NCBI GenBank assembly: GCA_030141605.1
Contig: JAQGDQ010000289.1
Span: forward strand, 186,001-250,000
DNA from: Tubiluchus corallicola
Lineage: Eukaryota > Animalia > Priapulida
Direction of reading: 5' to 3'
Length of the DNA stretch: 64,000 nt
This document shows, one piece after another, positions 1 to 15,257 of this stretch (the first letter of the stretch is position 1; the number at the start of each line of letters is the position of its first letter). The notes beneath the pieces were generated by a model. That model saw nothing but the letters and a program-made list of their open reading frames with translations, was not told where the DNA came from and did no database searches. The translations under genes were made by a program, and so were the position numbers.

Positions 1-2371
1 ATTAAACAAAGTGTGGCATTCATCATGCTAATTACCATACAGATGGTTAAACTGTTGATAAAAAGAAGTGTCAATAAAAAAATTCCCATGCTCAATGAAT
101 AAACAAAAAACCATCTGTTGGTTGCGGGTTGATAGGTGACAGCAGTGATAATGTATGGTAATAGTATAACAGGTAAATTCTGCATATTCATCATCATTAA
201 CTGTCAAAATTTGTTAAAATGCCTTTTGAATCTCAATTAAGTGACTGGTAGCGATATTACAAAGTAAAATTTTAAACTGCAGACCACTGATGATTTAATT
301 CTCAAGTCTACAACATTTCACATTAGCTAACACTAAACGCTGTAAAGGTATAAATGTTATGATAATTTTTTAGATACTGTTAATAGAGATACGTTTAAGA
401 AAATTAGTAGCTAACAATTTTCAAGTAGTGTATTTGTAAGGTATTTGAAACTGCTGCACGTGTAGTTCAACATATTAATAAGCACATGACTAAAATATAC
501 ACAATTGTCAGTCACTTTAAGGTTCTGGTAAATTCCAGTGATCAGCAAAAATAATTTTAAACTGTTAGTTATTTCTACATTTTACATGATCTAGAAAGCA
601 GTAGAAAAAAGTGAGCATGAGCTGAAAGCAAATTTTTAGGTATCACTTAAAAAACTATAGCTAAATGTGTTTATTAGTTAAGCAGCCAAGTTGTCATAAA
701 AATCAAAATATTTAGCAAAAAGGGGACCCATCACAAGCATAAGAAATAGAGATAGATATCATCTTTATTTACCATATATTTACGTCATGTATGATACAAA
801 AACGACAGATAATATGGCAGTTATTTTCAGAAGAAAAATAATGTTGTTGGTAATAGCATTATTTATAAATTAAAAAAAAACTACCTCTGGCAAAAAACGA
901 AAACGGAAGCACAGATCACAAGACAGATAAATAAAAATAAATAAACTAAAGCAAATACATACATAATAAATCAAAACAAACATCAGGCACTAGAAGGTTT
1001 ACCTCAGAATTGGATGGCGACTGCGGAAAACTCTGTAGGCTATATCTGCATTAACAGACCAAAAATAAAGGCTGTCTAAGATATTCTATGATCAATTAAC
1101 AGGTACGTTTATTAGTTTAGTAAAACCACTGGAGATGCACTTGTTTTAATAAACAAAGAATGCCTCATTAGAGTGCCATACGGATTGAATGGAACGCGAG
1201 AGCTGTAAACCCTATCAGAGAATTATAAGCGACAAAAATATTCATGCGTCGTGCACTTTATAGTTTGCACTTATTTACTTTTTGCAAACATCCAGGTGGT
1301 GCCTGCCTAACACAATGAAGCAATTAGAAACTGATAGCAACATATGCCACGTCAACATCTCACATGTCAGAACACCGCCACCACTTTGATCACGGCAAAA
1401 GAATTGCAATTAAAATATGATAGCTTTGCAAGCGGCACGCGACTCCCACTGTTTCGGATTCTACTAATAATTAAGACAAACAATGAAGCTAGTTATTGTC
1501 TAACTTGCAAGTTTTTGAGCATCATGTTACTAGTTTAATGATACCGAAGATGGAGAAATTTAATATACGTATGCGGAGATGATAGCGCCTCGAAGAATAA
1601 AGTGATGAAAATGTCATCTCATTTCGTGTATTTTATCATAAATATGAACTAAAGATGAAGAACGTTCCACATGTATTTCAACTGATGAGCGATGACCTAT
1701 AATTTACAGAAGATAAGATAATCCAGGAGAAAATAATTTCTTATCACTTTCTTTCCATGCTTGTTGTTGAAATTTAAACACTAATGCTTTGTTTCGTAAT
1801 AGAAGTACACAATTAAGAACTTCAGCTTAAGATAATTAATAATAGATTATTTCTAAAATGTTAAAAAATTTAATTAGTCACCCAAAGTAGTAAAGATTTA
1901 AATAAAAAAGAGTAACAAAAAGGCTCAAGGAAAATGGCTTAACTGGAATTAGGAAAGATGATCTCAAGTAGAAATAAGTTTTCAACAGATTTTTATGCTG
2001 TTTCAGTAAATTCGAAAAGTAATTATACTTTGAGTAATAAAACCATTTAATTAAGAAAGTTTAATTACTCTTACCATGACTGATTATAAATTATTTGTTT
2101 AAAAAAAATTGTTGAATATTTAGCAGAAATGCCTGAGTAGAAATGCTATGTCGATGGCATTTTCCTAACTGCCTTTCCATTGATAATTGTTATTTTCATC
2201 AATAAAAATAAAAATACCTATACCTACACAAAGCAAAACAACAAAGGTAAGAATTAAAAACACGAACGATTCCAACAAAAAAGAGCAATGATGAACAGCA
2301 ATGTTTATGAAATTTTAAACACATCAACATGCATATTAACTCAAACATATTGAATTATAAAACAAAGTAGA

Positions 2372-2381
2372 AAAAGGATAC
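2372..2381 (-). other. U12-type (minor) intron 5' splice site in RALGAPA
   Basis: Exon ends ...CAA ACA TT|GTATCCTTTT, an exact match to the U12 donor consensus RTATCCTTT. Confidence 0.85.
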
Positions 2382-5300
2382 AATGTTTGGTACAGTGGAA
2401 TAATGGAGCGTTTAACTCTACTGGCATTAATGGCTGTTGCACGAACTAAGCCTGGCAGAACCTTTGCATCAACAATGGCACCATCAAATAACGGTCCAAA
2501 ATACGGAATCTGAAATTGAGTTAAGTTGTCAAAAGTTGGCCTCAATCATTATGTGGCATCACACTCTGTGAAATTACATACTTTCCAAAACTTTAAGTAT
2601 GGTAACCATAACTTGAGTACTATACAAAGAACAGAATTATTTTTTTGCAAACTGAACTGTGCAAAATTAACAAGAGATTCAAGAGTTTTACTGTCTAATT
2701 TTATTTAACATCTAAGCTGAATATCACATTAGATAAGTTTACTCGCTAGTTAAACAAATTTTTTATCAAACCTGTAGTAAATGCCTTACCTCTTGTTTTT
2801 TACAAATTTGTATGCGATACAGCAAATTTGGCAGCGGATAGATGACAATCATAACATCACCAAATTCAGTCGCGATGATTCCGCGCCGGTAGTCACGTGA
2901 ATGTTCCGACCAAACTATGTGAACTTCATCGTTACCTAGATGCCTCAACTATGAAACAAGAATATCTGTATATATCTGTGTATCTGTATCACATTCATAA
3001 CAAAACATGAATGCTACACCAATAGCTTACAAGTAGCAATGAAGAATTGCTTAAAGGAAACTTGCAAGTTTCTCGGTTACATGAACTTTTATGTTTGAGA
3101 ACAAAGTTAGAAACTTCAGCAATACAATTGTGATAAGTGTCTGACATACTTAACTAAATCAATTTAAAGACATGGTCAACCATTTCACAATTAGGCTATT
3201 ACTGTCGACTAGGAACATTTAAATCAAATCGTTAAACAACAGAATATTATTATTTTGTTTGTTTTTTGACGAAAGTCCAGCTATAAACAGTCGTATCTAT
3301 TTAACATACAGATGGTTGCTGGTGGAAGCAGAACCCATATCAGTATCAAGAATAACCCTTTAAAGGACAAGAAATGTGTACCTGGACTAAGATTCAGAAA
3401 AATGGCCTTAAAAAATTATATTATTTTATAGCAATTTTACGCGTATATTGTACTCGCATTGAAAGGATTTTTTGTTTGTTTTCATTTCAAATTGCCTGCA
3501 ATCTCCCGAATGTGCCATTACATATGTCATGTATGCACAACATAAATTGGGAAGAAAAGGAAATGTTAAACTATGTCCCAAAAAACTTTCCATTTATATT
3601 AATTTAGCATTTCGCTTCACTGCCTGAAAAACTTAGATAACTGCAAGAGGAAATTACCAATTATTTAAAATGTTTTCACCTATTGGTAAAATGTCATTGA
3701 CTCATCTCTAGGGTGCACCACTCACTAACCAAAAAATGTATTTTCCATTTTATTGACAAAATACAGTAATTTTAAATTTTACTTAGTTAGTGATATGTGT
3801 CTGCTACGAATGCTCAGATTATTTTTTCAAACTTCATCAGTGTTGTCTAAACTTGTTTCAAATGACCTATCGTCAAAATGGCTGCGTCTAACGGTCATCG
3901 AGTTTAAATTTACAGGTTTTATAATGCATCACTGTTGATGCAAGCCCATATGCAAAAACGCGGTATGTATATGGTATAAAATTTCAAGACAAATTTTTTA
4001 GGCTTTGCGTAAGTGGAGAGTTTTCTTGTGTTTTAAGATAAAATGCTGAACCGAGAGCAGATGCTCTCATGCAGAGAGCACATATGCGTCTTCCCGCAAA
4101 GAAATAAATAACTCAAAGCAGCACTGCAGATAGAACCCCTCAAGAGCAGTTCTTGCCATTTCCTGATCACCTTGCCATTTACTGATCACTATCAGTGTTG
4201 CTTAACTTTGCAGTGTGCAAGTAGGAAAATGTTGCAACCATTTAATTGTCTCCGTTGGCACACTCTTGAAAAAGAATGCGGAAATTTGGTTACCTTTACA
4301 TGCCGATGTTCATCAGTATTGGACGGAAAGCGAGTTGAGACATGAAATATCACTTCAACAGTAGATGTAGCATAATACGGAGCAGTATCACCTGTGGTCT
4401 TATTAGTTTGCAGCCCACCCATAAAACCCGGATGGGTTCCAAGATCAACCTGCAACATAATCATCCAAATACTAAATACTAAAAAAGACAGTAAAGAACA
4501 ACACAGAATTTCCTTTTTGCAAATATGGACAGCAGTAGCAGCTAAGCAGGTGCTTTTCTATGACGATTTAAACAAAATAATTACTGCAGAAACATGGTTA
4601 CTAAACTGTCATCTTTGAAATGCTTGAGCGTGCACTGATTTTAAGTTAATTAATTCTTAATGCTAGGAACCATACCATTAATATTTAATTCACACAATAA
4701 TTCACACAATGTTTGATTGTTTTAATAAAAAATTTTCATTGTCGGATATTAAATATCAATGCTCTGAGAGCAGTGTCTTTTTTAACATGTGGCGGATAAC
4801 TGGACAAGACCAAAATTAAAGTTGGAATTTACTTCATGTATTCTAACTTTACTCGCCACTCGACCACCAGTTCTGAAAGATTGCTGTTATACAGTACTGT
4901 CTTGTACCAGTGTACATTACAGTTAAAAAACATACAAGCAGAAAATTTCTAACTAGACAAAACTTTATTTGCATATGTTATAAGAATTTGTCCCAGCTAT
5001 TTCAAAAATTCTCAGATTATATTAACAGGTACAAAACTGACTATCATAAAATGGAATAAATCTCCATTTCAAATGAATCTGATGCGACAATGCGACCACA
5101 AATCTACGTCAACACAGGACTGAGTGAGATCAGCTTACTTGTGTAGCCACATAATAAAAGACATAGCAGGTAGCATTTTCTGTACCCATTATTGGAAATT
5201 TACTACAGTAAAAATAGCTCACCTCCCAACCTAGACCAGCAACAAAATTTTCAAAGTCTAAGCTGCCTCCAGCGTTCGACAGTAGCGAATTCTTGTCCTC

Positions 5301-6183
5301 CTGACCTTCTGCTACATATATCACAGCCATTTTGTGCGTTTCGCGACTAGAAAAATTTAATTAGACGTGAATAAATAGACGTGATATACAATACTACAGT
5401 ACTACTAGAAAATTATGATTATAAAAATAATTGTACCTAGTTTTACCTGTCGACCCTTAGTATAGTGCACATTCTCATCTAGTTATGTTTTAATTAAAAT
5501 TATTAGACTAGAAATGTCCTGACCAATTCATTTCAACACACGTTTATTAATGTAATGAAAAATAACGAGTACCAAATAATTAATATAAATGCTTAGATAA
5601 TTAAATTGCTCCTGGGAGCTATTAAGCTACACGCAAGTAAAAATTCCTAAAGTGTTGAAGTGCATAATTCTACTTCATTAGAATCTTGAACAAGATGAAC
5701 TCTTACACTTTTACAGTGTACATTATTACAAATACAAAACATTGTTGTATGCTTGTGAAATAGGGGGATTTTCTGCATAAATTCCAAAGAATGCTCAACT
5801 AATGCCCATAAATGGAAATCTACTTTCAATTACAGCAATTACAATCATCTAAAAAACTCAACGGGATATAATGCAGCGATTAAAAAAATTCACAGCTTCA
5901 TTTTTCATATCTTAACAACATCCGATGGTATACAATTAAATGTGTGGAGACGGAGGTTAAGATCTCTACAGGGCTACAGTACAAGCACAAATCTTATTCT
6001 TACCACTTTTGCTGGTCTAAGTTACGAAGTTCGCGGAGAAGCTTCTCATTTTTTGACAGCAAGTCAAATTCGGCTCGTTTCTCCCACGACATGTAGCCAA
6101 GCTGACACAAGATTCGTCGACACTGATGAAATGAGTTAGAGGGCTCCTTCGACTGAATGGCTGATTCCATCCTTGCAATAATG
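2382..6183 (-). CDS. RALGAPA1: RALGAPA exons encoding the Rap/Ran-GAP catalytic domain
   Basis: Exons 6004-6183, 5223-5346, 4294-4449, 2790-2948 and 2382-2509 read [30 protein letters not shown]...[21 protein letters not shown]...[11 protein letters not shown]...[33 protein letters not shown]...[12 protein letters not shown]...[11 protein letters not shown]. Confidence 0.95.
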
Positions 6184-9100
6184 CTAGAAAACACAACATA
6201 AAACATGCTAAAAACGTTTAAGTGCCTAATCAAATATAAGACAGAAAAGCTTGGATACCACCATATTTATAAACTAATGGTAAAAACAAAAACTTCAAGT
6301 TTTATTTTTCAACTATTTCAGCATCACAGTGCACGTTAAGTGTAGATAAATAGACTTATATTGATTGCCTATCTTTAATACTCGCATTATGATGGTCAAT
6401 GTTTTTAAAGGTAAATACCACTATTACATCAGCGTGCTAACACACCATCAGCACGTCTTAACCAATAAACATACGAAAATTAAAGCGGGTGAAGTAGAAT
6501 GAATAATTATGTAAAGGTAGAGGAGCAACTCAAGTTGTGTGTAAATGTACATACAGCATATCTTCCTCTAAAAGCTTATTAAGCTGTTTGGTCTGGCAGC
6601 TACTACCACTCCTGCATATATGTTAATAAATTAACTCTAATGCAGAAATAAGTTAATAAAGCTAAAATTTAACCATGTGACGGGGGTTGGCAATAGGCAA
6701 ACAACAATTAGAATACCAATAGTGTAGTCCTGGCTTATTGTAAATATATCTGAGAGCATGCAGATTGACGGGGCTGCTATTCCCATAAAATTATTCCACT
6801 TCATTTAACTAATGTTCACTTAACAAAGATTTGGAAAAACATGGACTGGTCCTTACTTAACATCATTCTGATGTTTTTTGTAATAGTCCATTTCGTAATC
6901 ACACTGATTCACTATAGTCTGTAGTGTAGCTGCCTCCAAATGTTGTGGTATGCCCTCTTGCGGTGGAGCAGCAATGTTCAACGATTGATCTGGGAATAAA
7001 AGACATTCCGGACTAGTGTGGCCAATGTAAACAAGCATCTGAAACAATACATGATATTTCTTGTTATAAATTTTAGGATTAGAAATATTTATAACACAGC
7101 AATTAGAGACACTTTCATTTGCTAGTCAATATTACTAACACCCTTAACACCATTTTAGTTTTTTTGACACTAAAATAAGTGGATAAAGTAGACGTCTTTA
7201 AAAGTAAAAACATGAATTTAACTAACAATGAGTAAGATGTAAGTATATTTGAATAGAATAATACAAACTGACTTCAGCACATATTTAAAGTGCACTTCAA
7301 CATAGAATATCTCTTAACAGTAAAGCTAATGTTACAAACCTCAGCCAAATTATCCGCAACCTGATTTGAAAGTTCATATGTAGGAATTTCGTTTGGATCA
7401 CGTACGTGTATGTTACGCACTTTAACAGCGGACATTTCTACGAATGATTTGTGTGCAACAGAAATGGGATCGTCAACAGAGCTGCTTTTCAAATCTGATG
7501 AAAAGTAAGCATCTGAAAATATGTTAGGTAATATATACAATAAATGATGAGAGTTTTATATAACTAACATCTTCAACTAAACATTAGTCATTTGAAAATA
7601 TGTCACTGAAATTCCATAGTTATTACTAAAAATCAATAGAAAAGTTATTAAGCTGACCAGATGGATAGAGGCCATGTTTATAGTCAGGAGGAGCATAAAG
7701 AGGAGATGCATCCCAGCATGCTTTGCCACTGATGTCTCTTATCACAACACGAACCTGAGAGGAAGCGGTAATCAGGCCAGCTGTTACGCCACCTCCTGGC
7801 TGTTCCTGAAATTACACACAGTGTGCTGAAGTTATTATTTTTATTTCATGCTAGTTAACATTTCTGAACACAGGTGCCAATGTAATGCGTTCATGGCTAC
7901 AGTGTCACATAGTGGCAGTTACAAATAATTATATTGCAAATAAAACTATCACAAAAAAGCAACAGAGCCCCAGAGACGAAAAAAATTCTAAAATGCTGCA
8001 TGTAGGTTGGAGCACCATGCATAATAAAATATACACATTAGAAAAATGATGCACGGTGCAGTACATGAAAACTAATTTCAGTACCAAACTGTGCAAAACT
8101 TTACGAATAGTAAAGTCAGGGTTTCTTCGTAACACTGACTTCGGAGACTATAAGAAAACTTCTAAGTCCAATAGTTGCTAAATATAATCCAAAAGTTCCC
8201 CAGATAGTTGCAAAACATTCGCGGGTGTTTGCCATTATCTCGGGAAATTCTAGTATGATCGAAATAAGTTGCTAAAGTAGCAAACCTCTCCATCTCACCA
8301 AAACTTCTCCAAACTATTGCAAAATTGTCTGAACATGCACCAGACATCGTCAGATATGTCTCCAATTATTCGTAAACAATTACAAAATATGCGAAAACTT
8401 GGAGAACATTTTGAGATGCTTTTGAGAATGCTGTGACGACTTTGCAACTATTTTTCAACATTCTGGCAACATTTTTGAGAACCTCAGTTGGTCTGTGACT
8501 TCTTTCTGTGAAAATTCTACGCATGAATGTTATGCAACATATGATTTTGCACATAGGCATTGCAGGAGTCACCAAATATGTGCAAACACAAATTCTTGCA
8601 ATTTTCGTCCAAGAAAAACCTCAAGATTCATAAAGAGGTCAAAATTGTGCAAAATTATTTTGAATTTGTAACTTTATTATATGATGGGATTACTAGAAAA
8701 ACATCTTACCAGGGATGGAATTTCAACAAATGACACCAATATTGAGTTGTTAAGAACAAAAAATTGTACACGTGATGAATTGAAAATCTCTGGACTGAGT
8801 TCATCAGTGCTAACTCCTACAAAAGACCAATGTTAATTGAGAAATTATTTGTTTTATCAATTTTGCATCATTAAAATGTAAGTATCAATATAGGTATTCA
8901 GACACAACTTAAATTAAATTAGTATGTACACCAAATTGAGCTAAATTTGGTAGTAATTTAATTGAGTTAAATTAAAATGTACACCAAATTCACAAAATTA
9001 TCCACTAACAAGCAGAACATCATCAGGTAATTATTTAACCAACATTTTAGTTAAAATTATCTATGCAAATACTAATTAAATATAACAATATCGTTCTCAA

Positions 9101-12100
9101 ATGAAGATGTTCGTATACAAAATATGAAACACAGAGCAAATGCTGCAGTAATGCATAACAATGAATTTTCTAGGTCTCAAAGTAGGGGCGATGTGTAAAA
9201 ATGAATTACAAGATAACACAGAACTTACTTAAACTAGTCATTTACATTGTCAATTGTTTAAGGTAAAATAACATATTAAAATACCTGGTACATCATCATG
9301 CTCATTTACCATGCTACTGAGCATTGAGGGACCAGCCCCCATTGGAAAATGTCCTAGATGATTCACCAGGTAACACATCACCTGTCAAGTAAAGAAAAAA
9401 CTATAATTAAAGCGTCAATTCCAAAAGGACACAATTATATCAAAACAAGCACATCATTTACTATAATTTGCGACTCGTATAATTTTAGTATTAACTACGT
9501 GAATGTTTCAATTTCTCTTTGCGATACTAAAATAAAGTTATTGCGCATTTAATCATTATTACAAGAATAACACGTACAGTTCTGGCTGTCAATTTGACTA
9601 TGTCCAGTTTTGCCACTTCGTCCGTTTGTTCCCGCTTCAGAGAAGCTGATTTTGATGGTGTGCTGGGAGGAGTTAAACCCTTCACATTATCTAACTGAAT
9701 GTTGGGATCACAGTCGTAAGATGTCAGTTCACTAAGACTGTGGATGCTTTGTGAACCTTTCACTAAGCCACTGCCTGTTCCGGTACATGCGATGTTCAAA
9801 ACCTTTAAATAGAAATTATGATAATAAATAGAAAGTACAATGAAAAGTAATTTTGTAAGCATTTGAAAGTCAGGATGCTTCACTTCATTTATAGACATTG
9901 CACACTACATACATTTTAGGTGTTAGGCAATCATACATTGCAGACATCAGTTATCAATAACTCAGTTAAAAAAACTCAATTAGCTATAGAAAATTTAACA
10001 ATAATCTAGACAAGGGAAATGATGAATACCACAGAATTTTCAAAATACATCTCATTGTTCAAACAGAAAAAGGTAAACACTTAAGAAACTAACTTGAGTA
10101 CAGAAATAGTGTCATGTCAGATAAAAATAAAATAAGCCCACAATTTACTTTGCAGTATTCTCTTTTTATCTATTTTAAACAATCCAACTGCTTCAAGGAA
10201 TTTATGTATCAACTCTCAAAATATATAAGAATTATTCAAAATAATATTGCATTGCAGTACAACAGAAGAATACACAAGTTTTCAATGTAAATTCTGTATA
10301 CTAGAAAACAAGCACTTACGGGACCCTTTACTGTATCGTCAGAAATGCATATACTTTCTATATACGAAGTTGCAGGTCACATGTGGAGATGCCTAAAACC
10401 TCAAAACATTTGTTTAACATTATTCTTGAATGCTATTTCTTTGTACTTACCTTAAAAACTTTAAGCAGTAAACTTTTGCCCTCTTTCTCCTGTGACTGAG
10501 TTAGTAGAAACAACGGTAGATGAATGCACCATTCTAGCAAAGTCATCATCATGAGCACTATCAACTATAAGAAACATACCAAACAATTTATATTTATTGC
10601 TACAAACATAAACAAAACACATGTGAATGGTTTGTAGAAACACTCACACAACGTTTTGTGAGCAGGGCACAAAGCTTGAAAATATGTTGAATATACGGGT
10701 CCAACTTGCGTCCAATTCGTTTTACGTTCAAAAATCCGCCTGAAAAAAGTTGAGGCCATAAGTCGACATTTACTTGAAAAAGGCACAACAGTTCTAATCA
10801 TTGTGCTATTCTTTCTTTTTTTCTGGTTTTTAAATGTGGGATTTTTAATCCATTTGCTCTAATTTTCACATAATGGTTTCCTATCATTGTGACTTTTGAC
10901 CCAGAGGTCACCATATGCCATTGTCGGAACATCTCAGGTATTTACTCCTAAGCCACTTATCTCGGGTTTCCACCCTGCAATGTACATGACTCTAACTTCT
11001 ACACTTATGCATTTATTGACATGGCCCTGTTTTAACACTTCTGCCCTAGTGACGTGTCCTGGCCATGCCCATTTTTTGAAAAATACTTAATGCACATCTA
11101 CACCTACCCAACTACCTAAGCATGCATAGCCATTTGCATTCTTTTTTTTCATCTTGCTCATATCTTTGGCACTTAGCAACCTCAATAGCCAAAAGACTAA
11201 ATACTCGTGTAAATTTTTTTTGAATTTGACTAAAAGCCCTAGGAGGAGTTAAACGGCAACTGAAAAATTGACCACTGTTCCTAACTCTTCGACACGAGTT
11301 TAAAGTCCCTACATCACTGCTGAGCCCCTACCTCAAGTGTGTACCATGCAAGTTTGGTGACTCTTGATACTAGGGTTTTGGAGTTATTCAGCGTTAATGG
11401 TTCGTAATAAACGCTTCATAAAGAAAGAATTTTAATATACAAAAATTAAGGAAAAATTTCCAATTGTGTCTGCTTAACCTGAAACAGTTGAAAGGAATAC
11501 CTTTTTTGAGCTTCCACCGGAGAGAGGATCACTTATCAACAAGCTAGAAATGGCAGTTGATAAATCTCGGATAATTTTTCCCGGTAATTCCGGATAATTA
11601 TCAACGATCAGTGCAGCATGATCACACAACATCAACAAACTGTCCGAAGCTACGCGAACAACAGACTTGTTATTGAACTAGAAGATAAAAATTTTATTAC
11701 ATGCACTAATTACTAAAACCTTGCCCAGTGCAAAAAATGATTTGCGGATGTTCATGTACATTAGTGAGTGACAGCTTTAAATACAGTGGTTCTTAAACAG
11801 TAAACCAGAAACATACAGGCTCTACTGGCTATTATATAAAACATATGTACTCACAGCAAGTGACAAAGTCGGCAGATAAATATCGTTCCCTAACCCGTGG
11901 CCCACTTACCTATAACCAGGTACATGTATTACAAAACTTTTTTGCAATTTAGATTATGAGCATAACTGTTGGAGGTCAACAAGCCTAGTATATGGCAATA
12001 AAAATTTTGTTTGAAGTTTTTGGTCAAATGCTATAATAAAGAGGTGATACCTACGCACCCTGAGAGCTAACAGTAAAACAGAAAAAGCTTCTTTTAGCTT

Positions 12101-15100
12101 GGAGTGAAATGTTCCATGAGAGAGTTCCTCATATAAAAAGATTCCTATGGTGCTGATGGCAATACATCTGCAAGATAAATGAACCCAGAATTAGCCAAAA
12201 GATCTAAACAAAATATAATGATTCACATACATGATAGAGCCGAATAATGTATTGGTTGCAAAACTGAATGTGTAGAAGCACATTCATAATAATAATAAAG
12301 CACCAGTTTTTTTCTCAAGTATAAAGATAGAAAGTGCACATCACGAAGCATGTTGCTAAATAGGTGAGTTCATATACCAGTGCCTAAGATTACTAAACAT
12401 TTATTTTTTGGCTGGAAGAATAAACTTAAAATAATAGCAGTGAACCATCAAGTAAAATATGTCTTAGAACATCAATGTTGTATATTCATAAAACTGTCTC
12501 CGCTCTCGACCAGAATTTCGGTACTCGACCAACCGCCAAACATGTGATGAACGCATGCGCGACGAGGCGAGTAGAGCCTAGCATAACCGACCACGCCCGA
12601 GAGTAGGTACGCATAACATTTGAATCGCCTAACAATGCTAAGTGCGTTCTACGCTTATTTTTCATGCAGGAATAATTATGTTTTTCTTTCTAAGTAATTC
12701 TATTATGTTTTTCTTATCAATTATATCATATCTACTGTTTGAATAAACATTTTGCATTATTGTATTTCGTTTTAGTAATATTTTACAGTTCACTTGGTGC
12801 TTGAGAACGGATTATTTGCTTTTACATTATTTCTTATGGGAATAAATGATTCGGTACTCGACCAAATCGGTTTTCAAACACTTTTTAGGAAAGAATTATG
12901 GTCGAAAAGAGAGGTACTACTGCATTTGGAATGCTACATTAGTGTATTAGTGTGTTTGGAATGCTGTACCTTGCCAGGCCTGCTGGCTCTTTTCTTCCAC
13001 ATTTCAGCAGAATAGAGATAATGTAATCCTTGGCATCAGCACATTCCATAATAGACGGTTCTGACTGGTTAGGCTGGATTACTGGCATCGTGCCAAATAA
13101 GTTAGGAAAACACAACAATGATCCCAGCAAAACAATAGCCTCCGTCCTTGGCTCCTGAGGAGAAATGTACGTTAGATACTGAACTGCTTGAACAAGCAGT
13201 TTGCAACGCTAAAGACAGTTTTCTATAAAATAACTTATGGTTATAGACTTAACCAATTACAAATGTGTTAATATATAGGCAAACAAAATAATGTAAACCA
13301 TGACCATTTATAATCTTAATATTAAGATTATTATTATTATCCAGGCTTGTTATAAGTTTTCCAAGTTTCCTGTTCTTCACAGCTTCATTTCAAAGTTCAA
13401 TTAAATGTTGATTTGTACAGTCATTAATGCAAGACATAACCTATTTATTGCTACAAGTAAAAATTGTCAGTGAAGACAGGTTATCTACGGTTACTACAAA
13501 CTATGTAAACAGGTTATTTATGATAAAAGAAAATTTATCCAGTCCTGCACACTCACTGACATAATGATTATTACAGTAAAATAAATAAACTGATAAAAAT
13601 ATTAACAAATTTTTGAGATCAGTAATGTGAGGTTTTACGCATTTTTATAAGCAAACTTTCACTTCTAGTGTTACATTGGCAGCTTGATATGTTTAATACA
13701 TTCATTAATCTACCAAATAATTGTGGTCATTTTCAATTGATTTTCATTCCTATATGAAAGCATGACTAAAGATAAAGCTGTATGTGATGTGGACACAAAA
13801 AAATCAATAAATTACTTTTGAAAACTTAAATCTTGATTAAACTCACCTCTTTTAAACCTGTGGATGATACAACCAAATTGGCTGCGTGAATAAAATCGAG
13901 AAGTAACATTGTTGATCCAGGAAGGCAGATGGAAAAGAAGCGGCTGCTGCAATGTCGAACAATAGTGTTCACAGTGTCCTACAAAAAATACCAATAAGTA
14001 TAGTTAGAATGCCAAAATAACAGAAGGAAATTACTTAAAGAGCTTTAATGTTCATAAAATTGTTCAGTAGTCAATGAAACTAAATCACAGAACAATGCAT
14101 AGTCATAGAACAGCTAAATACCTGATCAGAGCTAATAAGGCCTTTATGGAGAACTTTGTATAAATGCAGCAGGTATTCGGAGTCTAGTGGTTGGTCGTGT
14201 CGCTGACAGGTCTGCAGACATAGCAGTTTATAAGCTATCAACTTCCCTTGCTTAAACTCATCTGGCATAGTCAAGATTGCCTGAAATAACGGGCACTAAT
14301 TTAATGCCGGTAAAATTATTTCTGGACATTTCGATAAATCTACCTGACGACAGGCAGAAGTCATCTGTGCACCTGTCCTAGAGGCTGGTAAAGTAATCTT
14401 GCTATGTTTATTATATGTCCGCCTTAATGGCACATTGTATCTTTTCAAAGTCGATGTTCACGTGCTGAAAGAACTACTTTAAAGATGCAAAATGTACAAA
14501 AGAAAAAGATGAAATTAACTTGACTAGAATATATTTTAGTTATTTAGTTAGCATATCAATATTTTCTTATGCAAAATTCAACAAAGAAGTTGATTTTTTG
14601 TTTGTCGAAAGCTCTGTTTTGTATTCACTTCTTATGAGGCATTTTATACAAATACTTATCAGCCACACAGCATATTATGACACCTAGGTATGTTTGCACT
14701 GATAACACAACAGCTGAAAAAACAGCGTCATTCGGGAAATTTAAGAAAGTGACATGAATGAGAAATTTACTGTTAAGTACAGATTAGACAGAAAGCACAA
14801 GTAGTGTATAAGGAAAATACATTACGTAATGTTGTCAAATTTCTATAAGAAATTAAACTTTGCCATAACATTCTCTACACATTGAAAAAACGGAGACACG
14901 CAATTTTTTTTGCCGCCCTTTCCTGTTTCCGGCAGAGAAAATTGCTAAATTTGCACTTTAAATAATACTCAAAATCTTGTCAGCAACAAGTGCCACGATG
15001 ATTATTGTTGGCTACATGCTGGATTAAATTAAAATTTGGGATCTAGCAAATAACAGATCCTCTTCCTTCTCATATCATTGCAGAATGACTAAGCAGTATT

Positions 15101-15209
15101 ATAATAGCACCAAGTTAAGCAACATTAAGCCTGACTAGTTGATTCTGACCACTTGTGCAGCTTCATCTGCCTATTATTATTATCTGCTATTATTTATCTG
15201 AGTGAGTGA

Positions 15210-15257
<48 letters not shown>

